Counted from the first letter of the stretch, positions 15,368 to 26,529 are shown. The stretch: 32,000 bases of DNA from Candidatus Omnitrophota bacterium (GCA_963662715.1 OY759724.1:2730001-2762000), one strand, 5' to 3'. Made by a program: numbers and translations. Notes: generated from the sequence alone by a model not told the origin.

Positions 15368-15772
15368 ATGATGCATAAAATACTTGTTGTGGATGATAAT
15401 TTTGAGAATCGGCAACTGCTGGCAGAGATTTTAAGAGAGGTCGCGGAATGTGATTTTGCTGCCAGCGGAAAAGAGGCTATCGACGCTTATAATTTATCTC
15501 TGCAAAGAAGTGACCAGTACAGCCTGATTTTGTTGGATATTGAACTTCCGGAGATTAACGGATTGGAAATCCTTGGTAAGATCAGAGAAAGCGAGAAAAA
15601 TGCCGGCATCGCCCTGGGTGACGGCATTCCTATTATTATCGTCACGGCTTATGAGAAGCGTTTCCTGGAAGCCTATGAGAAGGGATGCGATGACTACGTT
15701 CTTAAACCCATAGATGCTAACGTGTTATTAGCAAAACTGGCCTCTGTCTTAGAAAAATCTGACCAAGATTAG
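15368..15772 (+). CDS. Single-domain CheY-like response regulator
   Basis: AGGAG upstream. ILVVDDNFENRQ, LILLDIELPEINGLE, IVTAY, VLKPI. The start could instead be the second ATG at 15371. Confidence 0.8.
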   Translation: MMHKILVVDDNFENRQLLAEILREVAECDFAASGKEAIDAYNLSLQRSDQYSLILLDIELPEINGLEILGKIRESEKNAGIALGDGIPIIIVTAYEKRFLEAYEKGCDDYVLKPIDANVLLAKLASVLEKSDQD

Positions 15773-15815
15773 TCCCCTTTCCTGTTTAACCTGTTTAATG
15801 GGTTCCCATTTAAAG

Positions 15816-15844
15816 TTGAAAAGGCAAAGTGTTTGTAATATAAT
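15816..15844 (+). promoter_or_regulatory. Sigma70-type promoter for citrate synthase
   Basis: TTGAAA (15816-15821), 17-nt spacer, TATAAT (15839-15844), about 40 nt upstream of the gltA ATG. Confidence 0.5.
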
Positions 15845-15886
15845 ACTTTGCAATATTCAAGATCTTATAAGAAAGAGGTGTCTACT

Positions 15887-17179
15887 ATGTCTGAAAAAGT
15901 TAAGTTAATTATTAAGGGCCATACGCATGAATTATCGGTTATCGAAGGGACCGAAGGGGAAAAAGGTTTTGATATTTCCAAACTCAGACAACAGACGGGA
16001 TATATTGCTTTAGACAGTGGTTTCGCGAATACCGGGGCCTGTCAGAGCGCTATTACTTTTATCGATGGTGAAAAAGGTATCCTCCGTTACCGGGGTATCC
16101 CTATCGAACAGCTGGCGGAAAAGGCCACCTTTGTGGAAACGGCGTATTTGTTAATCAACGGGCATCTGCCTACGAAAGAAGAATTAACGAGATATTCCAA
16201 TGCTTTTACCCGTCATGCCAACCTGCACGAGGATATGAAGAAGTTTTTCAACGGGTATCCGGCGGCCGGTCATCCCATGGCCATGCTTTCGGCCATGGTT
16301 TGCGCCCTTTCGGTCTATTACCCGGAACTCATCAAGCCGGATCCCAAACCTGAGGATATTGATTTGACGGCCATTGAACTTATGGCGAAGATCCGGACGA
16401 TCGTGGCCTGCACGTATAAAAAATCCATCGGGGAGCCGTTTATGTACGCCCGCGAAGATTATGAATATGTGGCGAATTTCCTTCATTTGATGTTTTCTAC
16501 TCCAACGCATGAGTATGAATTCAATAAGAAGGTCGTAGACGCTTTACGTATCCTGCTTTTGCTTCATGCGGATCATGAACAGAATTGCAGCACCTCTACG
16601 GTCAGAATGGTGGGCAGTGCCTGGGCGAATTTGTTTGCTTCGGTATCGGCCGGGGTCTGTGCGTTATGGGGGCCGTTACACGGGGGAGCTAACCAGAAAG
16701 TCGTGGAAATGCTGGAAATGATCCTTGAAGACGGAGGAGATATCGACAAATATATTGAGAAAGCCAAGAATCCCAAAAGCCGTTTCCGTTTGATGGGGTT
16801 CGGTCATCGTGTTTATAAAAGTTATGACCCGCGGGCAAAGATCATTAAGAAGAAGACACATGAAGTGCTTAAAACCCTGAAGGTGCACGATCCCCTGCTG
16901 GACCTTGCCGTGGAACTGGAAAGTAAAGCTTTGGCAGACGATTACTTCATTGAAAGGCGGCTGTATCCGAACGTGGATTTTTATTCCGGCCTTATTTATA
17001 AAGCCATCGGTATCCCGACTCAAATGTTCCCTGTCATGTTCGCGATCGGGCGCTTGCCGGGATGGATCGCCCACTGGAAAGAGATGCGGGAAAATCCGCA
17101 TACGCGTATTGCCCGGCCGAGACAAATTTATGTGGGGTCGGAAAAACGAGACTATATCCCGATTGAGAAAAGAGGTTGA
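15887..17179 (+). CDS. gltA: Citrate synthase
   Basis: LLLHADHEQNCSTSTVR and GFGHRVYKSYDPRA signatures. The ATG at 15887 is preferred (GAAAGAGG upstream) over the TTG at 15848. Confidence 0.9.
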   Translation: MSEKVKLIIKGHTHELSVIEGTEGEKGFDISKLRQQTGYIALDSGFANTGACQSAITFIDGEKGILRYRGIPIEQLAEKATFVETAYLLINGHLPTKEELTRYSNAFTRHANLHEDMKKFFNGYPAAGHPMAMLSAMVCALSVYYPELIKPDPKPEDIDLTAIELMAKIRTIVACTYKKSIGEPFMYAREDYEYVANFLHLMFSTPTHEYEFNKKVVDALRILLLLHADHEQNCSTSTVRMVGSAWANLFASVSAGVCALWGPLHGGANQKVVEMLEMILEDGGDIDKYIEKAKNPKSRFRLMGFGHRVYKSYDPRAKIIKKKTHEVLKTLKVHDPLLDLAVELESKALADDYFIERRLYPNVDFYSGLIYKAIGIPTQMFPVMFAIGRLPGWIAHWKEMRENPHTRIARPRQIYVGSEKRDYIPIEKRG

Positions 17180-17214
17180 TCGTTTTCTAATTCTCAGCCT
17201 GGAAAGGAAATGAT

Positions 17215-18669
17215 ATGTTAGATTTTCGTCCTAAATTAATGCTGGATCAGCCTGCGCTTATTATCTTAAGCGGGAAAAAGGCTTATGAGCAGAAAAACTG
17301 GCTGAATCAGTTCCCGGCCGAGTTAAGGCCGTCTTTGTCGGCTCTGCAACAAAGTCAAAAATTCAAAGCGGAAAAAGGAGAAATATTCCCGCTTATTCTC
17401 AAGAACAAAGTTGTGCTTGCCGTGGGGCTCGGAGAACAGGGGCCGGGATATTTCACCGCATTAAGGTCGGTCACCCGAAAGGCCCTTTTATCGGAATTTG
17501 TCAGAAATATTAAGGAAGTTGAACTCTACCCGGCGGTAAAACAGGATGCCGAAATCGCGGCTGTTATTGAGGGCGTTTTAATCGGCGGGTACAACTGGGA
17601 TAAATACCGGACATTCAAAAAGAACGAATTTCCTGCTCATCAGCGGCAGGTTTTTTTGGTGGCTAAGGAGAAAAAGGCGTTCCTTGATGCCGTGATAACA
17701 TGCCGGGGCGTTAACCTGACGCGGGATCTGGTGAATGATAATGCTGATACCATTCATGCCGAATCTTTTGAAGAGGCGGTTATTTCTGTTATTAAAGGGT
17801 GTAAGCAGGCGAGCCTGACCGTTCTGAACGAGGAAGATTTAAAGGAAAAAGGCCTGAATCTTCATCTTGCGGTTAATAAAGGAAGCCAGTATCCTCCCAA
17901 ACTTATTATCGTGAAGTACCGGGGGGCTGCCAAGGAAGCCAAAACAACAGCTCTGGTGGGAAAGGGGATTACCTTTGATGTCGGAGGCCTTAATTTAAAA
18001 CCCTCCGGCCATCTGGAAACCATGCGTTGTGATATGAGCGGCGCTGCGGCGGTCTTGGGAACCCTGCACAATGTTATTCATCTCAGACTTAAAAAGAATC
18101 TTATTTTTGCTTTTGGCCTGGCTGAAAACGCCATCGGCCCTTTTTCCTATAAACCCGGAGATATTGTTAAAAGCTACAGCGGCAAGACGGTTGAAGTGGC
18201 CAACACGGATGCCGAGGGCCGCCTGGTGCTGGCCGACGCTATTTCTTATCTTGTCAAAAATTACAAACCCTCCCGGATCATTGATATCGCAACCCTGACC
18301 GGGGCCTGCGTCATCGCCCTCGGCCACGATTACAGCGGTTTGGTGTCGTCAAATAATCTTTTGGCCGAGAAGCTGCTTAAGGCCTCCGAGGTTACCGATG
18401 ACCGGTTGTGGCGCCTGCCATCGTATCCGGAACTTAAGGATTCCGTGGAATCGCAGGTCGCGGATATCCGGAACCTGGGATTCCCGCGCGGCGCAGCCGG
18501 AACCATCACGGCCGCGGAGTTTTTGCGGCAGTTTACCGGCAACACGGCGTGGGCCCATATTGACATTGCCGGGACAGCCTTTCGGGAAGGGAAAGAAAGA
18601 TTTTATTATTCCTCCGGCGCATCCGGTGCCGGGGTCCGGTTATTAACCGAATTTATCAAGAAGAATTAA
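17215..18669 (+). CDS. pepA: Leucyl aminopeptidase (M17)
   Basis: VGKGITFDVGGLNLKP and NTDAEGRLVLADA signatures. Confidence 0.9.
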   Translation: MLDFRPKLMLDQPALIILSGKKAYEQKNWLNQFPAELRPSLSALQQSQKFKAEKGEIFPLILKNKVVLAVGLGEQGPGYFTALRSVTRKALLSEFVRNIKEVELYPAVKQDAEIAAVIEGVLIGGYNWDKYRTFKKNEFPAHQRQVFLVAKEKKAFLDAVITCRGVNLTRDLVNDNADTIHAESFEEAVISVIKGCKQASLTVLNEEDLKEKGLNLHLAVNKGSQYPPKLIIVKYRGAAKEAKTTALVGKGITFDVGGLNLKPSGHLETMRCDMSGAAAVLGTLHNVIHLRLKKNLIFAFGLAENAIGPFSYKPGDIVKSYSGKTVEVANTDAEGRLVLADAISYLVKNYKPSRIIDIATLTGACVIALGHDYSGLVSSNNLLAEKLLKASEVTDDRLWRLPSYPELKDSVESQVADIRNLGFPRGAAGTITAAEFLRQFTGNTAWAHIDIAGTAFREGKERFYYSSGASGAGVRLLTEFIKKN

Positions 18670-18670
18670 C

Positions 18671-20236
18671 GTGAATTCGAAAATAATCCGTTTTTTATCT
18701 ATTATCCTGTTATTATTCTCCTTTTGCGCCGGGAGTCTTTTCCTGCAGGGAAAAGCTGCCGGGGCCAGGAACCAGGTCTTTTTCATTCAGCTGAATGACG
18801 ATACGATTAATCCCATCACCGCTGAATTCATTTCCCACGCCATCGATCAGGCGGAAGAACAGCAAGGCCAGTGCTTGATTCTGCAGCTGGATACGCCCGG
18901 CGGCCTGCTGGCGTCCACCAGGCAGATCGTCAAGCGGATTTTAGCCGCGAATATTCCAATTGTTGTTTATATCGCCCCCAGCGGATCGAGGGCCGGTTCG
19001 GCCGGTGTCTTTATCACGTATGCCAGCCATATTGCGGTGATGGCCCCTTCCACCAATATCGGCGCCGCGCACCCTGTGCAAATGGGCGGAGGGGGACGGA
19101 AAGGGCGGGACAAGGAATTCTGGGAAGATTTAAAAGAGATGCTCGATAAGTCGGCGGAAGAGGAATCATCGGCAGATAAACCGGAAGCCGGCCAGGAAGG
19201 TAAGGAACAGGACAAAAAAGAAGAGGAAGAAACAGCAGCTTCGGAAGAGAAACCGGCCGCAACAACGGAAGAGGCGGCGGAAGACGCACAAGGAAAAACG
19301 CAGGACACGGAAGAGGCCCTGGAGGCCGGGGACCTGACCCCGGACGAGAACCCGATGGACACCAAAATCTTGCAGGATACGGTGGCGTTTATCCGGGCTT
19401 TGGCCAAACAAAGGGGCCGGAATGTTGATTGGGCCATTAAAAGTGTCACGAAGAGTTTTTCTGTCACGGAAACAGAAGCGCTTGACCTGGACGTGATTGA
19501 TTTTATCGCCAGAGATGAAACCGAATTGCTGGAGAAGCTTGACGGGACCCCGGTGGACATCCGGGGGGGAACCGTCACTTTGAACACAAAAGACGCTTCC
19601 GTGGTCCGTCTGGAAATGAATGCGCGGGAGAAATTTTTTAATATCCTGGCCAACCCGAATATCGCCTACTTTCTTTTAATCCTGGGATTTTACGGTTTGC
19701 TGTATGAAGTGACTCATCCGGGGTTCGGTGTGCCGGGGATTATGGGGACGATTTTCCTGATCTTGGCTTTTTACAGCATGCAGACCTTGCCGACGAATTA
19801 TACGGGGCTGGCGCTGCTTGTGTTCGGTTTGGCCCTTCTGGTGGCAGAAGCCTTTGTCCCGGGGTTCGGGGTGCTGACCGCAGGGGGAATTATCAGCATG
19901 TTCCTCGGTTCCATTTTACTGTTTGATTCCCCGGAACCGATCATGCGTGTTTCCTTGCCTATCATTATTTCCATGCTGGCGACCACGGCTTTTTTGACCA
20001 TTTTTATGGTGCATCTGGCGATCAAATCCTTCAGGAAGAAGGCTGTGACCGGGCAGGAGGGGATGCGGGGCGCGCAGGGAGTCGTTAAGAAAAAGATTTC
20101 CGGCGGGCAGGACGGCAAAGTCTTTGTGCACGGTGAACTCTGGAACGCTGTCTCGGACGAGCCCCTTGAACCGGGAGATAAAATTATTGTCGAAGACATT
20201 AGCGGTCTGACTCTCAAGGTGAAGAAAGCCGCATAA
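18671..20236 (+). CDS. NfeD-family membrane-bound ClpP-class serine protease (stomatin-specific protease type) with an acidic insertion
   Basis: N-terminal signal or TM segment. ClpP-like LQLDTPGGLL, APSGSRAGSAG. Multi-TM middle region. C-terminal OB-like GKVFVHGELWNAVSD. Lies directly upstream of an SPFH gene. Confidence 0.8.
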   Translation: MNSKIIRFLSIILLLFSFCAGSLFLQGKAAGARNQVFFIQLNDDTINPITAEFISHAIDQAEEQQGQCLILQLDTPGGLLASTRQIVKRILAANIPIVVYIAPSGSRAGSAGVFITYASHIAVMAPSTNIGAAHPVQMGGGGRKGRDKEFWEDLKEMLDKSAEEESSADKPEAGQEGKEQDKKEEEETAASEEKPAATTEEAAEDAQGKTQDTEEALEAGDLTPDENPMDTKILQDTVAFIRALAKQRGRNVDWAIKSVTKSFSVTETEALDLDVIDFIARDETELLEKLDGTPVDIRGGTVTLNTKDASVVRLEMNAREKFFNILANPNIAYFLLILGFYGLLYEVTHPGFGVPGIMGTIFLILAFYSMQTLPTNYTGLALLVFGLALLVAEAFVPGFGVLTAGGIISMFLGSILLFDSPEPIMRVSLPIIISMLATTAFLTIFMVHLAIKSFRKKAVTGQEGMRGAQGVVKKKISGGQDGKVFVHGELWNAVSDEPLEPGDKIIVEDISGLTLKVKKAA

Positions 20237-20279
20237 TGCATCCGTGAAACATTATTTTCTCTCAAGAAAGGAGTGATCT

Positions 20280-21029
20280 ATGTTTTTTATCGGAGTTTTG
20301 CTTATTTTGTTTTGGTGGGCTTTTAACAGTTTTAAGATTGTCAGAGAATATGAGCGGATTGTCGTGTTCCGCTTAGGGAAAATCACCGAAGCTCCCAGGG
20401 GCCCGGGCCTGGTTTTTGTCTTTTTCCCCATAGAGACCGGCGTGACGGTGAGCTTGCGCTTGATCACCCTGGATGTCCCGCCCCAGGACATCATTACCAA
20501 GGACAATATTTCGGCCAAAGTGAATGCCGTGGCTTATTTCCGGGTCATGGACCCTATTAAGGCGATTGTGGAGGTGCAGAATTTCCAGTATGCCACGTCG
20601 CAGATGGCCCAGACGACACTGCGGAGCGTTCTTGGGGAAATGGAACTCGATGATCTTTTGGCCCAACGCGAAAAGATTAATGACAGCCTGCAGACACTGT
20701 TGGATAAACAGACCGATCCCTGGGGGATTAAAGTCACCAATGTGGAAGTCAAACATGTGGATATTTCCGATGAATTAAGAAGGGCCATGGCCCGTCAGGC
20801 CGAAGCCGAAAGGGAGCGCCGGGCCAAAATCATTGCCGCGGAAGGGGAGTTCCAGGCTGCGGAAAAAATATGTCAGGCAGCCACTATGATGGAAAAAACG
20901 CCGATGGCCCTGCAGCTGCGCTATCTGCAGACCCTGGTCGAGATTGGCAGTGAAAATAACACAACGACGCTTTTTCCTATCCCCATTGACCTTTTAAAGT
21001 CATTAACCCCGCAGAAACATGGCGAATAG
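20280..21029 (+). CDS. SPFH/band-7 (stomatin-like) protein
   Basis: AAGGAG upstream. N-terminal [40 protein letters not shown]. Classic NfeD-stomatin gene pair. Confidence 0.9.
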   Translation: MFFIGVLLILFWWAFNSFKIVREYERIVVFRLGKITEAPRGPGLVFVFFPIETGVTVSLRLITLDVPPQDIITKDNISAKVNAVAYFRVMDPIKAIVEVQNFQYATSQMAQTTLRSVLGEMELDDLLAQREKINDSLQTLLDKQTDPWGIKVTNVEVKHVDISDELRRAMARQAEAERERRAKIIAAEGEFQAAEKICQAATMMEKTPMALQLRYLQTLVEIGSENNTTTLFPIPIDLLKSLTPQKHGE

Positions 21030-21044
21030 AAGGACGTTATTATT

Positions 21045-22433
<1,389 letters not shown>

Positions 22434-22442
22434 TCCCGTAAC

Positions 22443-23795
22443 ATGATGGATGCGATTAATCAACAGTATAACGAGCTGATAGCCACCCGTTCAGCCGAAA
22501 GCCAGGAAGCTTTTTTAAAATTGCTGGCGGATATGGAACGTCAGGACTGCAAGTTCGGCGACAAACTTATCCCGACTTTTTTTAAGCCGATTTTTATTTC
22601 CCATGAACAGGCCGGGCGTATCGAGTCTATCCTTTTTCACATCATTAATGTTTTGGAAAAAATTACCCGGCTTTATTTCTCAGAACCATCACTTCGGAAG
22701 TTTTTTCAGGTCGGAGACAGGGAAGCCTCCCTCGTTGAGATAGACCCCGGGTACTCGAAATCCGTGCTGATTTCAAGGCCGGATTCTTTCTTCGTGGACG
22801 GCACCCTGCGTTTTGTCGAGTTTAATTGTGATTCGCCGGCCGGGGCGGGGTATACGGATACTGAAGAGAATATCCTGCGGGCGCTTTTCCCTTTTGATCT
22901 TCTGCGGGAGCGCTATGAATTTGCCGTGACGAAAAGGCTGGAGGGGCTTACCCGGACCCTGCTGAGATCATATGAAGAATTTGCCGGTTCGGGGAAAAAT
23001 CCGCAGGTGGCCATTGTTGACTGGCATGATGTCCGGACCGTGAACGAATTCCGTATTATCCAGCGGTTCCTGAAAAACAAGGGGATAGAGGCCATCGTGG
23101 CTGACCCCCGGGAGCTGAAATTCACAAACGGCCGATTGTCCCATAAAGGATTTCATATAGATTTGATTTACCGCCGGGTGATCTTCCGCGAACTTATGGA
23201 AAAATATGATGATGTTCAGGACATGCTCACGGCTTACCGTGAAGGAAAAGTTTGTGTTGTCAATCCCCTCAGGTCAAGACTGGCTTCCAATAAAGCCATT
23301 TTGGCGATTATGACAAACATGAAGGAATACCGGCAGTTTTTCAGCAAAGAGGAAGTGGCCGTTATTCAGAAACATGTCCCCTGGACCAGAAGGGTTCTCG
23401 ATATTCAAACCCATTATGAAGATAATACCGTGTTTTTGAAAAGGCATATTAAGACGCACCGCGACCATCTTGTCCTTAAGCCAGCGGACAGTTACGGAGG
23501 CAAGAATGTCGTGATTGGCTGTGAATGTGAACAGCAGGAATGGGATAACCTGGTCGAGCGCATTCTTGTCAACCGGGAAGACTGGGTTGTTCAGAGATAC
23601 GTCACGATCAATCAGCTGGACGTCCCGGTTATGGCAGGAGAAAAGTTGACGTTCGCCGAAAAGAAATTTAATATTAATCCGTTTGTTTTTGACGGCTTGT
23701 ACTGCGGAAGTGTCGCCCGTCTTTCCGATCAGAGCGTCATCAACGTCAGTGCCGGCGGGGGCCTGGTTCCGGTTGTCGAATATAAAGAGGTCTGA
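22443..23795 (+). CDS. ATP-grasp-superfamily ligase of the circularly permuted / glutathionylspermidine-synthase-like type
   Basis: The E-x-N type motif VEFNCDSPAGAGY lies near residue 125, ahead of LVLKPADSYGGKNVVIG and WVVQRYV. This order is reversed relative to classical ATP-grasp enzymes. Confidence 0.45.
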   Translation: MMDAINQQYNELIATRSAESQEAFLKLLADMERQDCKFGDKLIPTFFKPIFISHEQAGRIESILFHIINVLEKITRLYFSEPSLRKFFQVGDREASLVEIDPGYSKSVLISRPDSFFVDGTLRFVEFNCDSPAGAGYTDTEENILRALFPFDLLRERYEFAVTKRLEGLTRTLLRSYEEFAGSGKNPQVAIVDWHDVRTVNEFRIIQRFLKNKGIEAIVADPRELKFTNGRLSHKGFHIDLIYRRVIFRELMEKYDDVQDMLTAYREGKVCVVNPLRSRLASNKAILAIMTNMKEYRQFFSKEEVAVIQKHVPWTRRVLDIQTHYEDNTVFLKRHIKTHRDHLVLKPADSYGGKNVVIGCECEQQEWDNLVERILVNREDWVVQRYVTINQLDVPVMAGEKLTFAEKKFNINPFVFDGLYCGSVARLSDQSVINVSAGGGLVPVVEYKEV

Positions 23796-23815
23796 TCAAT
23801 ATAACGAGGAGCAAA

Positions 23816-24568
23816 ATGGGGAAAAACATTATTTTTGACGTGCATAATCATCTGGGGGTCAGCCCTGATGGGGGGGAAAGCTCCCTGGAGAGCATTTTGG
23901 AGAACATAAAAAAATACCGGATCGGGCGGCTTGTCCTGTTCGCGATCGATGAGGAGGACTCCGGCCAGACATTTGAAAAAGTCAATGACCGGGTGATTCA
24001 GGCCCAGAAGAAATACCCGGATAAGATTATCGGTTTTGTCCGCATCGTCCCGTCAGCAGGAGAGGCTGCCCTGCTGGAGCTGAACCGGTGTCTGGAAGCA
24101 GGCGTGCGGGGCATTAAAATGAAAGCCCTGGACGGCTATCCTGTCACGGAAACCTTCTCGGTGCTCGACTGCATCAAAGGCATTCCCGATTTCATCGTGA
24201 TTGTCCATACCGACCACCGCCCCGGCTCAACCCCGTTTGACTGGCAGCCGGTGATTGAAAAATATCCCGATATCTATTTTGTGCTGGCTCATGGCGGAAA
24301 GGACCGTTACCGGGATTGCGCGGATGTTGTGAACCGTTATCCTAACACGTATGTTGAAACCTCCACGCTGTCCTATAACCGGACAAAATACATTTATCGC
24401 CATGTTGATGTGGACCGCATCCTGTTTGCTTCCGATTACCCCTATTCTCATCCGGCCATTGAAATGGCTAAATATGAAGTTCTTGTGCAGAAAGAAGAGG
24501 ACTTGCAGAAGATTTTTTTCCTTAACGCCTGCCGTTTGTTTGACCTGGAGCCCCGGTCTTTGTTATGA
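23816..24568 (+). CDS. Metal-dependent TIM-barrel amidohydrolase (amidohydrolase-2-like)
   Basis: GAGGAG upstream. IFDVHNHLG near the N-terminus, VLAHGG, LFASDYPYSHP near the C-terminus. Confidence 0.6.
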   Translation: MGKNIIFDVHNHLGVSPDGGESSLESILENIKKYRIGRLVLFAIDEEDSGQTFEKVNDRVIQAQKKYPDKIIGFVRIVPSAGEAALLELNRCLEAGVRGIKMKALDGYPVTETFSVLDCIKGIPDFIVIVHTDHRPGSTPFDWQPVIEKYPDIYFVLAHGGKDRYRDCADVVNRYPNTYVETSTLSYNRTKYIYRHVDVDRILFASDYPYSHPAIEMAKYEVLVQKEEDLQKIFFLNACRLFDLEPRSLL

Positions 24569-26529
24569 AAATATTCCGACATGTCAAGACTATCCGGTTT
24601 GCGTTCATCATCCTGTTTATCCTTTTTATGCCGCTTCCGTCAGGGGCCGGCATTGTGGAGCATTTAAGACATAAAAAGGCCCCGAATTTCCGGGAGCAGC
24701 TGGATTGGCTTAACACGGAAAGCCGTTTAACGTTAAACGATTTGCAGGGGAGATTTGCCCTGCTGAATTTCTGGGCATATTCCAGCGTTAATTGTCTTAA
24801 TGTCCTCCCGGATTTAAAAAAACTGCAGAAAAAATACCCGGGAGAACTTGTCGTTATCGGCATTCATTCCGCAAAATATCCCGCTGAGCGGGACACGGTG
24901 AATATCCGGGCAGCCGTGATGCGGTATGACCTGCCATATCCGGTCGTTAATGATTATCAGCTTCGCATCTGGCGCGATTACAATATTCATGCCTGGCCGA
25001 CGACCGTTCTGATCGACCCGGATGGCGTTATCATCCATCGGCAATCCGGAGAGAATATTTTTGACAGTGTTGACGCGGTTTTAAGATCCCATCTGCACCA
25101 TAAACACAAGAACCTTAAAAAGGGGCCTTTGCCGCTCTTGCTGGAGAAGTATAAATCTCCGAGGACGATGCTTAAGTTCCCGGGAAAAGTCCTGGCCGCG
25201 GAGGATGGCCGGCTCTTTATATCTGATTCCGGACATGACAGGGTCGTCCTTGCCGACCGGCAGGGACATGTCCTGGAGATTATAGGGAGCGGGTCTCCGG
25301 GATTTCAGGACGGCCCTTTTGAGACGGCCCGCTTCTCCGATCCGCAGGGGCTGGCTTTAAAAGGAGATGACCTGTATATCGCTGACCGGGCTAATCACGC
25401 TGTCCGGTGCGCGAATTTAACGTCGAGACGCGTCTCGACGTTTGCCGGGACCGGGCAGAAGGGAACGGTCCGCCTCCCCCAGGGCCCGGCCGCAGAGGCG
25501 GACCTCAATGCCCCCTGGGATTTAACCGTTCATAAGGACAAACTTTACGTGGCCATGAGCGGGGCTCATCAAATATGGGTGATTGATCTTGTCTCCCGGG
25601 ATCTCAAGGTCTTTGCCGGTTCCGGAGTGGAAAACCTTATTAACGGCTCTCTCCTTAAAAGTTCTTTTGCCCAGCCATCCGGGATTGCCGTTTCGGAAGA
25701 TACGCTTTATATCGCGGATAGCGGAGCAAATGCTGTTCGGAAAATTCCGTTAAGATTCGCGGCGCCTGTTGAAACTGTTCTGGGGCAGGGGCCGTTTCGC
25801 TTCGGGGATAAGAACGGGAGCGGAGATGTTGCTCTTTTACAGTATCCGCTGGATATCGCTCCGGTTCCCGGCGCTTTGGCTGTAGCCGATAGTTATAATA
25901 ATAAAATTAAAGTCATTGATTTGAATTCCGGCAGTATAGAAACTCTGACCGGGGCCAGGCCGGGAGGGTACCGGGACGGCCTGTTTCAAAATGCGCAATT
26001 TGACGGACCTGCCGGGTTGAGTTATGCCGATCACAAACTGTTCATTGCGGACATGAACAATCATTGTGTGCGTGCTTTGGACCTCAAGACAAAAATGGTC
26101 GGGACATTGATTTTAAGAGGGCCGAATCAGGAGTTGTTCGGCCGCACAAAATTAAAGGATTTTAAAGGCCCTCAATATAAAGTCCGTAAGCCCTGTTCAA
26201 ACAATATCGGACAACTGGTTTTTAAGATCAGGCTGCCGAGAGGATATAAAATTCTTTATTCCGGGAAACCTTTTTTCAAGCTTTTTACCCAGGACGGATC
26301 TTACCAGAATATTTATGGAATTTATGATGAAGAGTCAATATTTGATGTTTACGAAAAATTTCATACGGATAAACTTTATGCCGAAGTCCGCCTGACCTAC
26401 TGCCGGGAGGATGGGCAGGGGCAGTGCCTGGTTAATAGTTTTTTGTACATTATCACTTTGAAAGGCGACAGCCATATGGAAGATGTTTCTTTAACCTATA
26501 AAGCTCAAGCAGATAGGAGCAAGCCTTAA
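24565..26529 (+). CDS. Exported thioredoxin-like domain + NHL-repeat beta-propeller protein (NHLRC2-like architecture)
   Basis: ATGA overlap with the upstream stop. N-terminal hydrophobic segment. Redoxin-like LLNFWAYSSVNCLNVLPDLKKL...WPTTVLIDPDG. Repeated G.PQGLA...LYIAD / PSGIA...LYIADSGANAVR NHL-type blades. Confidence 0.7.
   Translation: MKIFRHVKTIRFAFIILFILFMPLPSGAGIVEHLRHKKAPNFREQLDWLNTESRLTLNDLQGRFALLNFWAYSSVNCLNVLPDLKKLQKKYPGELVVIGIHSAKYPAERDTVNIRAAVMRYDLPYPVVNDYQLRIWRDYNIHAWPTTVLIDPDGVIIHRQSGENIFDSVDAVLRSHLHHKHKNLKKGPLPLLLEKYKSPRTMLKFPGKVLAAEDGRLFISDSGHDRVVLADRQGHVLEIIGSGSPGFQDGPFETARFSDPQGLALKGDDLYIADRANHAVRCANLTSRRVSTFAGTGQKGTVRLPQGPAAEADLNAPWDLTVHKDKLYVAMSGAHQIWVIDLVSRDLKVFAGSGVENLINGSLLKSSFAQPSGIAVSEDTLYIADSGANAVRKIPLRFAAPVETVLGQGPFRFGDKNGSGDVALLQYPLDIAPVPGALAVADSYNNKIKVIDLNSGSIETLTGARPGGYRDGLFQNAQFDGPAGLSYADHKLFIADMNNHCVRALDLKTKMVGTLILRGPNQELFGRTKLKDFKGPQYKVRKPCSNNIGQLVFKIRLPRGYKILYSGKPFFKLFTQDGSYQNIYGIYDEESIFDVYEKFHTDKLYAEVRLTYCREDGQGQCLVNSFLYIITLKGDSHMEDVSLTYKAQADRSKP

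Noticed and set aside
18967-19653. 228-aa minus-strand Ser-rich ORF
   Set aside because: It is antisense to the GA-rich acidic insertion of nfeD, and the sense frame carries clear NfeD motifs on both sides.
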